From NCBI GenBank assembly GCA_001773215.1, contig MEWB01000001.1, forward strand, positions 151,108 through 215,107: 64,000 bases of DNA. The letters run 5' to 3'. Position numbers and translations under genes: made by a program. Positions 56,851-64,000 of this stretch are shown here, in pieces. The notes under the pieces are model-generated. The model was not told the DNA's origin and did not search any database. It saw only the letters and a list, made by a program, of their open reading frames with translations. This DNA is from a candidate division WWE3 bacterium RIFOXYC1_FULL_40_10 (GTDB taxonomy: Bacteria > Patescibacteriota > WWE3 > UBA101185 > UBA10185). Within the stretch, counting starts at the first letter, position 1, and each line of letters begins with the position of its first letter.

Positions 56851-58656
56851 ATGACTACTGAAACTTCAAAATTAACCGTATTAACCCCGGAAGCTGTTTC
56901 CAAGGAGAATTCCCCCGATCGATTTTATGTTAGCACTAAGAAGTATGGTGAAACAATTTCTACCTTAAAGCCGGGTTTTGAACAAAACGTAGAAAAATAT
57001 GAAGGTGTCTATGAAGTGGATGTCCCAAAGGAAGTGCTTAAAGTTTGTAAAGAAATACAAAGTATTGGGGGGCGTTCTTTACTAGTGGGAGGCAGTGTTC
57101 GAGACGCCGTTATTACAAAGGAATTTCCAGAGATGGATTTACGGCCTAAGGACTTTGATCTGGAAATTTATGGTATGTCTATTGAGCAGCTTCAACTTGT
57201 ATTGGAAACTACTTTTGGCTCTGAAAATATCAATACTGTTGGCAAGGCATTTGGAATCATTAAAGTAAAAATCGAAGGTTGGGAGGAACCTTTGGACTTT
57301 AGTATCCCAAGACGAGACTCCAAGACCAGTGAAGGACACAAAGGATTCTCAGTTCAAGGCGATCCGTCAATGACAATAGACGAGGCATCTCTGCGTAGAG
57401 ATTTAACAATTAACTCTATTGCTTACGACCCTTTAACAAGGACGCTTTATGATGCCTATGGCGGTGTGGAGGATATTAAAAACAGAACAATCGAAGTTAC
57501 AGATATCTTAGCCTTTCAAGAGGATCCCTTACGGGTTATGCGTATTATGCAGTTTGCCTCCCGCTTTGGTTTTAAAGTATCCGAAAGAACTACACAGCTG
57601 TGTAGGGAGATGGTTGAACGTGGGGATATGGATGAACTTCCAAGAGAGCGCATTGCCGAGGAAGTTAAAAAACTATTAACCAAGGGAAAACGGCCTTCTG
57701 TTGGATTTGAATTCGCAAGAGAAGTTGGTTTTATAGATAGGTATTGGCCAGAATTGGGGGTTTTAGTGGGAGTTACACAAGAAAAAGATTGGCACCCGGA
57801 GGGAGATGTTTGGACGCACACACTTCAAGTAATAGACGCCGCTGCAGAAATTGCGGACCGAGAAATAAAGGCCGGAAAAATGGAAAAAGCCGATAAGTTG
57901 GTGCTGGTAACAGCAGCCCTTTGTCATGATTTTGGTAAACCCTCAACTACTGAGTTTATAGATGGTGCTTACAGAGCAAGGGGTCACGAACCGGCAGGTG
58001 TTTTACCAACGAGGGAGTTTATAGAGCGCATATTCGGAGATCCCAAATCAAGAGCGTTTTCTGAGATAACAAAAAGGGTTCTTCCTTTGGTAGCAGACCA
58101 CTTGAAGCCGAAGGACTTGTGGAAAAACGAAGTGGAAAAAGGTATAGATCAAACCAGAGCTATTAGGAGTTTAGCCAAGAGATTATCCGATGGGGACAGC
58201 AAAGATTACCCAGATGGCGGAGGCTCAAATATTTATACATTAGCTTTATTGGCTGAGGCAGACCAAAGGGGTAGAAACGGTGCAGGTAGTTCCTATCTAG
58301 CAAGAGATCAGGTGCCGGACCTAGTAAACTGGCAAGATTGGTTGTTAACGCGATCCCAGGAGTTAAAAGTCGAGCAAAAAAAGTCGGAAATGATATTGAC
58401 GGGGAAGGAATATTTGCAAAAGTTGGGCGAAAAAAACGGGGGACCTTGGTTGGGAGTAATATTAGGCGCCACTTACCTCGAACAAGTAGATGGCATGGTG
58501 AACTCCATGGATGAAGCTCTGATCAGAGCCATGGCATTTAGAGAAGTATTTACCCAGAAAGTGAGAAAAGAGTCTCAAATCACAAAACTACAGGAGAGGG
58601 AAATTTGGGATAGGATAAGAAAGATGGAAGATCCCAGAGAGTTTCTTACTTCCTAG
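56851..58656 (+). CDS. cca: CCA tRNA nucleotidyltransferase with HD domain
   Basis: VGGSVRD, KDFDLE, RRDLTIN, EDPLRVMR, HPEGDVWTHT, LCHDFGKP. Confidence 0.92.
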   Translation: MTTETSKLTVLTPEAVSKENSPDRFYVSTKKYGETISTLKPGFEQNVEKYEGVYEVDVPKEVLKVCKEIQSIGGRSLLVGGSVRDAVITKEFPEMDLRPKDFDLEIYGMSIEQLQLVLETTFGSENINTVGKAFGIIKVKIEGWEEPLDFSIPRRDSKTSEGHKGFSVQGDPSMTIDEASLRRDLTINSIAYDPLTRTLYDAYGGVEDIKNRTIEVTDILAFQEDPLRVMRIMQFASRFGFKVSERTTQLCREMVERGDMDELPRERIAEEVKKLLTKGKRPSVGFEFAREVGFIDRYWPELGVLVGVTQEKDWHPEGDVWTHTLQVIDAAAEIADREIKAGKMEKADKLVLVTAALCHDFGKPSTTEFIDGAYRARGHEPAGVLPTREFIERIFGDPKSRAFSEITKRVLPLVADHLKPKDLWKNEVEKGIDQTRAIRSLAKRLSDGDSKDYPDGGGSNIYTLALLAEADQRGRNGAGSSYLARDQVPDLVNWQDWLLTRSQELKVEQKKSEMILTGKEYLQKLGEKNGGPWLGVILGATYLEQVDGMVNSMDEALIRAMAFREVFTQKVRKESQITKLQEREIWDRIRKMEDPREFLTS

Positions 58657-58662
58657 TTTCTG

Positions 58663-60648
58663 TTACCTATCCACATTCGCATGCTTTGCATGGGTTTGGA
58701 TAAAGCGTTTTCTAGGGGCTACTTCATCACCCATCAGCATTGTAAACACCTCATCAGCTTTTTCAGCATCCCCTATCGTTATCATTTTTAATCTTCTGGT
58801 TGCGGGATCCATGGTGGTTTCCCACAATTCTTCCGCGTTCATTTCTCCTAAACCTTTAAATCTCTGTATTACCGCGGAACTTCCCTCTTTTGTTTTCAAA
58901 AAGGCAACACGATCGCTGTCGTCAAAAAGATACTTCTTATTTTTACCCCACGAAGCCTTGTACAAAGGCGGAACGGCAACAAATATCTTGTTAGACTGTA
59001 ACAATTCCACCATGTGTCTATAAAATAACGTTAGATACAAGGTCATAATATGGGCGCCATCAATGTCGGCGTCGGCCATGATAATAATTTTGCCGTATCT
59101 CAGTTTCTTTTCATCGTACTGCTCCCCTATTCCGGCTCCGAGAGCAATTATAAGGGACTTTAATTTGTCCGATTCGACTATTTTGTCTAAACGAGACCTT
59201 TCTGTGTTCAATATCTTACCAAAGAGCGGTAATATAGCCTGAGTGTTTCTATCCCTGCCCTGTTTTGCTGGGCCTGCGGCGGAATCCCCCTCTACTATAA
59301 ATATTTCGGTATGTTCGGGATCTTTTTTGGAACAATCTGCCAATTTTCCGGGTAGCACTCCCCCACCCTCCAATGCCGACTTTCTAATAACAGTATCTCT
59401 GGCGGCTTTAGCTGCCAAACGGGCTTTTAATGTTGTAATATTCTTGCTTATTATTGCCTGAGCGTCTCTTGGATGTTCTGCCAAAAATATTTCAAGAGAG
59501 TCTTTCATTACCATTTCCACAGCTGTTTTCACGTTCGTATTGCCTAGTTTAGCTTTAGTTTGGCCTTCAAATTGCAAAGTTGAGGAGTCAAGTTTTATCG
59601 AAATAATTGCTGTCAACCCTTCTTTCAAATCGTCTCCGCTGAAGTTTTCATCTTTTTCTTTAAGATAGTTCTCCTTGCGGGCGTAGTCATTGATCATTTT
59701 TGTTAATGCAGTTCTAAAACCGGTTAAATGAGTGCCGCCTTCGGCGTTTTTGAGGTGATTTGCAAAGCAAACGACATTTTCCGTGAAGGCATCGTTGTAT
59801 TGAAAAGCTATTTCTACATCAATATCGTCTTTATCGTCTTTGTAATTTTGGCGAACGTGAAACGGAGTATCGTTTAATATTTTCTTATTTCGATTCAAAG
59901 CTCTTAAATAAGCTTTAATACCGCCCTCAAAATAGAAGGTCTCTTTTTGGTCAGTTCTGTAGTCTATTAACTCAAATCTTATACCGGCTGTTAGATAAGC
60001 GTATTCCCTTAATTGAGCAATGAAGTGTTTGTACTTGAAGTCGGTAGTCTCAAAAATCTCTGAGTCGGGCATGAACTGAACAATTGTACCCGATTCGTAG
60101 TTCCACCCTGCCACATCAATGTTCCACTCTGCTCCTTTAACTTTTGTCTCATTTTTATTCGGCTTTATCTTTTCTACCGGTCGCACTACCTTGCCACCGT
60201 CTTGATACTCCTGAATGACTATAGTATCTCCTCTTTTTACTACAACTCTGCACCATTTAGATAAGGCATTAACAACTGAAGATCCGACACCATGAAGACC
60301 GCTGGATACTTTGTAACTGCCACCGCCGAATTTACCCCCTGCGTGAAGCTTTGTGAACGCTAATTCAAGCCCGCTCACTCCGTAGCCTTTTTTAATTTCA
60401 AAAGGGATGCCTCGACCATTATCGTACACAGCAACAGACCCGTCTTTGAAGAACTCTACTTTTACATGGTTTGCAAAGCCTCCGATTGCCTCATCCATTG
60501 AGTTGTTAACTATTTCTGTAACTAGGTGATGAAGTCCGGGTTGGCCTGTGGATCCAATGTACATACCTGGTCTTTTTCGTACAGGATCAAGCCCTTCGAG
60601 TACTTGTATCTGGTCTGCATTATAATCGTATTTCTTTGGATCTGACAT
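58663..60648 (-). CDS. gyrB: DNA gyrase subunit B
   Basis: VRKRPGMYIG, LHAGGKF, SGLHGVG, VEGDSA, QRFKGLGEM; likely start MSDPKK at 60648. Confidence 0.97.
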   Translation of the reverse strand: MSDPKKYDYNADQIQVLEGLDPVRKRPGMYIGSTGQPGLHHLVTEIVNNSMDEAIGGFANHVKVEFFKDGSVAVYDNGRGIPFEIKKGYGVSGLELAFTKLHAGGKFGGGSYKVSSGLHGVGSSVVNALSKWCRVVVKRGDTIVIQEYQDGGKVVRPVEKIKPNKNETKVKGAEWNIDVAGWNYESGTIVQFMPDSEIFETTDFKYKHFIAQLREYAYLTAGIRFELIDYRTDQKETFYFEGGIKAYLRALNRNKKILNDTPFHVRQNYKDDKDDIDVEIAFQYNDAFTENVVCFANHLKNAEGGTHLTGFRTALTKMINDYARKENYLKEKDENFSGDDLKEGLTAIISIKLDSSTLQFEGQTKAKLGNTNVKTAVEMVMKDSLEIFLAEHPRDAQAIISKNITTLKARLAAKAARDTVIRKSALEGGGVLPGKLADCSKKDPEHTEIFIVEGDSAAGPAKQGRDRNTQAILPLFGKILNTERSRLDKIVESDKLKSLIIALGAGIGEQYDEKKLRYGKIIIMADADIDGAHIMTLYLTLFYRHMVELLQSNKIFVAVPPLYKASWGKNKKYLFDDSDRVAFLKTKEGSSAVIQRFKGLGEMNAEELWETTMDPATRRLKMITIGDAEKADEVFTMLMGDEVAPRKRFIQTHAKHANVDR

Positions 60649-60682
60649 TGCTGGATTAGTATACATTGTGGTTTGTGTAGGT

Positions 60683-61360
60683 TCAATGAGATGAGATTTC
60701 TATTACCAGGCACTCCAGAGCCAGTCGTACATTTACATTTGTTTTTTCGATATCCTCTAATTTCGCAATCAAAGCTTGCAAATTGCTTGCCGTTTGGACC
60801 GGTTTTGAGGCTAATTGTTCTCGTGCCTGTTTAATAAGATTTTCTAAAATATCAGAAATTTCGTCTTTTTCCAGTTTTGCAGTTTCTTCTGCCCATTCCA
60901 ACTTTGTGCCTAAGTCTGCTTCGAGCAAAAAATTATAATCAGCCTCAGTTAGGGTTTCTTCTTGCTGGCCGGATTTCACCGGAAACTTTTTGCACCTGGA
61001 TATAACAGTCTCCAGTAGATCTTTGACAGTTTTTGCTATCAATATTATAGTTGCGTACTCCGGAGGTTCTTCGAGGGATTTTAACAGCATGTTTTGTGTT
61101 TTTGTACTAAGTTCTTCTGCTTTTGGGAAGATTAATAGCTTGTAATTTTTCGAAAAAGGTTTTTTCTTTAAAAAATCTATAGCTTGTTTCACATCTTCAA
61201 CGGTATATCCTGATTTGTTTGAGGGCGTGACAAGCTTAATATCGGTTAACTTGGTGGTTGCAAGATCAATATCTTCATTTGTGATCTCTTTGATTATCTG
61301 TTCCGCTTTGGTGTTACGGTCTTTAACCGATCCACCGTAGATTAATATTGATGCTGACAT
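60683..61360 (-). CDS. holB: DNA polymerase III delta' subunit-like
   Basis: AEELSTKTQNMLLKSLEEPP..LLETVISRC, NVNVRLALE. Confidence 0.85.
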   Translation of the reverse strand: MSASILIYGGSVKDRNTKAEQIIKEITNEDIDLATTKLTDIKLVTPSNKSGYTVEDVKQAIDFLKKKPFSKNYKLLIFPKAEELSTKTQNMLLKSLEEPPEYATIILIAKTVKDLLETVISRCKKFPVKSGQQEETLTEADYNFLLEADLGTKLEWAEETAKLEKDEISDILENLIKQAREQLASKPVQTASNLQALIAKLEDIEKTNVNVRLALECLVIEISSH

Positions 61361-61375
61361 GCTACTTATTATACA

Positions 61376-62005
61376 GGAGCTGCTCCAACGCTAGAGCAGC
61401 TCCAAAGGCGGAGCTACTCCTGTAGGAATGGAAATTACTCTCTTCCCCTTTCCCTAAAATCTAGATATACAGGTATATATGCCTGCGATTAACTCCTTAA
61501 AAAAATACGTTCAAGGTGGAATTTATCATGTATACAACAGGGGAAATCGGAAAAGTGAAATTTTTTTAGCGGCTCAGGACTATGATATTTTCTGTTATTT
61601 ATTGGAAAGATATTTACTCCCATGTCCTGTTTCTATGAGATGCAAGAGCTACTCTAACCAGATTAAAGTACACGCTTTTTGTTTGATGCCCAATCACTTT
61701 CATCTACTGCTAGAGCAGATCCAAGAGAGGGCTATATCCAGCTTCATGCACGGTCTTTGTCTGAGTTATTCTATGATATTTAACAAACGGTATGAGAAGG
61801 TTGGCAGACTGTTTCAAGGAGTGTACAAAGCACGTCTTATCACAAGAGAATCCGAGATAAGCACCGTGGCATCTTACATACACATCAACCCTTCCGAAGT
61901 AGGAGCTACTCCGGAGGATTACCCCTATTCTAGTTATGGTTGTTATCTAGGGAAAGACACGTGTAGATTTCTAACGACGGAGCTGCTCCAACGCTAGAGC
62001 AGCTC
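61376..62005 (+). mobile_element. RAYT locus bounded by 27-bp direct repeats built from REP-like palindromes
   Basis: GGAGCTGCTCCAACGCTAGAGCAGCTC at 61376-61402 and 61979-62005; GGAGCTACTCC at 61410 and 61902. Confidence 0.8.
61479..61997 (+). CDS. REP-associated tyrosine transposase (IS200-like Y1 HUH)
   Basis: YHVYNRGN..IF, AFCLMPNHFHLL, GRLFQG, YIHINP, YPYSSY. Confidence 0.92.
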   Translation: MPAINSLKKYVQGGIYHVYNRGNRKSEIFLAAQDYDIFCYLLERYLLPCPVSMRCKSYSNQIKVHAFCLMPNHFHLLLEQIQERAISSFMHGLCLSYSMIFNKRYEKVGRLFQGVYKARLITRESEISTVASYIHINPSEVGATPEDYPYSSYGCYLGKDTCRFLTTELLQR

Positions 62006-62069
62006 TGGATTCACACTGCTCTTGGGTCACATTCTATCCCTTAACAACTTATTTTGTTACGATTAATCT

Positions 62070-64000
62070 ATGCCTGTAATTAGATATAACCTGCTTTTTT
62101 TAATTACTCTCCTGTGCATTTTGTGTCCTGTTGCATTTGCAACTCCTTCGCTAACTTTAAAGGGCACTGCAACGGATGGTACTTCTAATACCCCATACGC
62201 CTCCAGAGTATACTTTGGTGACTATAACGGGGACGGGTACGACGATTATGCTACTTCAAACGGCCAGACTGGTAATGGCAAGGTCTACATCTATTTTGGC
62301 GGACTTCTCTTTGATAATACAGTTGATATCACAATTACGGGTGAGGCCGCCAGCGATTTTTTTGGAAGTCAGGAGGATGGTATCTCTTTGGTTGATTTAA
62401 ACGGAGACGGGAGTGACGAGTTAATAGTGGGAGCTCCTTATAACGATGCGGGAGGAAGTAATGTTGGGAAAATTTACATCTATACTGGTGGTGTTTTAAG
62501 CAGTGGTACCTATGCGGCCAGCGTGGCGAATACTACGCTTGTAGGTAATTTAACCGACAGGAGACAACTTGGTAGGTCGGTATCTTATGGCGATGCGGAT
62601 AATGATGGTGATATGGATTTACTTATTGGATCCATAGCAGAGTCTCAGGCGGTCTCCAAACTTCATATATTTACGAATTCATCAGGAGTGGTGGATTTTT
62701 CAGCTAGTTGGGCGATACTTTCGCTGGCGGGCTCCACTGCATATAGTGTATTTAGCAGAGCTATGGCGTACGACTTCAATGATGACAGTTTCAACGATAT
62801 ATTAGTGTCTGATGGTTGGGGGTATTCCTATACAGGGAAAGACCTCAACATTAGTTTTGGGGATGGCACAACAGCTTTTGGAACTACAACATCGTTTCCC
62901 GAGAGTTCCTCAGCCAGTGCCTATGGCCGTGCCAATTCGTACGATGTGTCGGACATCAACTTGGACGGGAAAGAGGATATTTGCGCTAGCATTTACACAG
63001 GCAGTTCTAATAGGGGATCAGTATTTTGCTGGTTTGGGAGAGAGACTTTTTTATCAAGCTACGCCCAAAGTACTGCAGATATCACATTAACCGGTCCAAA
63101 TGCCGGTGACTATCTTGGAAGAGGCCTTACTATTTCAGATGTTAACAATGATGGAAAGCCGGATCTATTAGCGGGAGCAACTCAGTGGGGGGCAACAAAA
63201 AGGGGGGCTTTATATATATATAAAGGAACCGGGGAAACCTTTTCTAGTTCTCCCTGGCTTACTTATGCAAAGACTAGCGGAACCACCAGTTTCGGCGCTT
63301 CTGTGTCAACGGGAGATCTAGATAGCGATGGTTGGGTGGATATAAATGTAACGACTGGAGGCCAATGGGTAGGCGGAAGCGGGGCTTCGTATATAAATAT
63401 TTTCGAGATTGACCATGGAAATCCGACCATAAGCGTGGCTGGCGCGTCTAGCGGAAGTGAAATGGAAGGGGAAGCTATTTCCGGAGATCCCGGCTACACT
63501 GTTAAGGGAGTTGAGTGGAGTACCTCAGCCAACTTATCCGGTACATGGACCGCGTGCACGCCCAAAGATGGAACTTTCGACGAATCTACCGAGGAGTTTT
63601 CGTGCAATGTTTCCAGTTTTGAAGATGGGGAAAGCGAAATATATTTGCGATCCTATGACCAAAATGATGTGTACATGCCGGAACGGTTGATTATGCATAA
63701 AGATTTTACTTTGGACAAAGAAAGTCCCGGTGAAAGCGACCAACTAGTGGGTCTATCCAAGGATAATCTCGTGCAACTTGGTTCTAAAACGCTAAAATCT
63801 GATGACCGAGAATTAACTTTGTACTTTGATGTTAAGGATTCAACAACCGAGGTTAAGTACTTAATGCTTTCCCAAAAGGATGATTTTAAGGGTGCGAAAT
63901 GGAAGGCATATGACGGGGACATCAAACTTAGTTTTGATCACGATGGAAAGAAAAATCTATTTATTAGATTTAAAGATGATGCGGGTAATGTTTCTGATAC
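62070..64000 (+). CDS. Second secreted FG-GAP repeat protein (partial, runs off window end)
   Basis: Hand translation from ATG 62070: signal peptide, GDYNGDGYDD, DLNGDGSDELIVGAP, later WTACTPKDGTFDESTEEFSC, matching the 53181-55601 paralog. Confidence 0.85.
   Translation, partial: MPVIRYNLLFLITLLCILCPVAFATPSLTLKGTATDGTSNTPYASRVYFGDYNGDGYDDYATSNGQTGNGKVYIYFGGLLFDNTVDITITGEAASDFFGSQEDGISLVDLNGDGSDELIVGAPYNDAGGSNVGKIYIYTGGVLSSGTYAASVANTTLVGNLTDRRQLGRSVSYGDADNDGDMDLLIGSIAESQAVSKLHIFTNSSGVVDFSASWAILSLAGSTAYSVFSRAMAYDFNDDSFNDILVSDGWGYSYTGKDLNISFGDGTTAFGTTTSFPESSSASAYGRANSYDVSDINLDGKEDICASIYTGSSNRGSVFCWFGRETFLSSYAQSTADITLTGPNAGDYLGRGLTISDVNNDGKPDLLAGATQWGATKRGALYIYKGTGETFSSSPWLTYAKTSGTTSFGASVSTGDLDSDGWVDINVTTGGQWVGGSGASYINIFEIDHGNPTISVAGASSGSEMEGEAISGDPGYTVKGVEWSTSANLSGTWTACTPKDGTFDESTEEFSCNVSSFEDGESEIYLRSYDQNDVYMPERLIMHKDFTLDKESPGESDQLVGLSKDNLVQLGSKTLKSDDRELTLYFDVKDSTTEVKYLMLSQKDDFKGAKWKAYDGDIKLSFDHDGKKNLFIRFKDDAGNVSD

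Noticed and set aside
62176-63925. Short ORFs listed in the last 2 kb
   Set aside because: Alternative frames of one long FG-GAP gene from 62070 that has no stop in the window
1-64000. Alternative genetic code (UGA recoded)
   Set aside because: Conserved genes are full length in code 11 and several end at TGA (ruvC, gyrA, pepF)

Overview
Chromosomal window from a small-genome bacterium using genetic code 11. Gene content and style (short YebC, stand-alone VirB4/TraD-like ATPase, leaderless-type promoters) suggest Patescibacteria/CPR, possibly WWE3/Microgenomates; this is inference. Core genes: ychF-rpsF-ssb-rpsR, ctpA, htrA, prfA, rpmE, hisS, pepF, rel, dnaB, tRNA-Leu(CAA), efp, lspA, ruvC, xer, rnhB, gyrA, ppaC, cca, gyrB, holB. 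Main findings: (1) A 10,448-bp satellite-like element (TerS-like, primase-helicase, DUF5659-like, large serine recombinase, MoxR-VWA cargo) is integrated in the first codons of ychF. Both junctions can be read directly (GGAAT at 3283-3287 and 13731-13735). attP lies inside the integrase gene, so excision would fuse a 74-aa tail from the far end of the element in frame onto the integrase (531 to 601 aa), and integration gives ychF a new RBS and N-terminus. (2) A His-codon leader peptide with attenuator precedes two unknown paralogous WxCP proteins and hisS. (3) A symmetric 34-bp dif/loxP-like site lies upstream of a single xer gene, where KOPS-like GGGNAGGG polarity and core-gene orientation flip, next to a phased TGTCATAC array. 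(4) A RAYT with REP-like flanks and a 25-bp inverted-repeat element each sit directly upstream of paralogous FG-GAP surface-protein genes. All counts and alignments were done by eye; no database searches were run.
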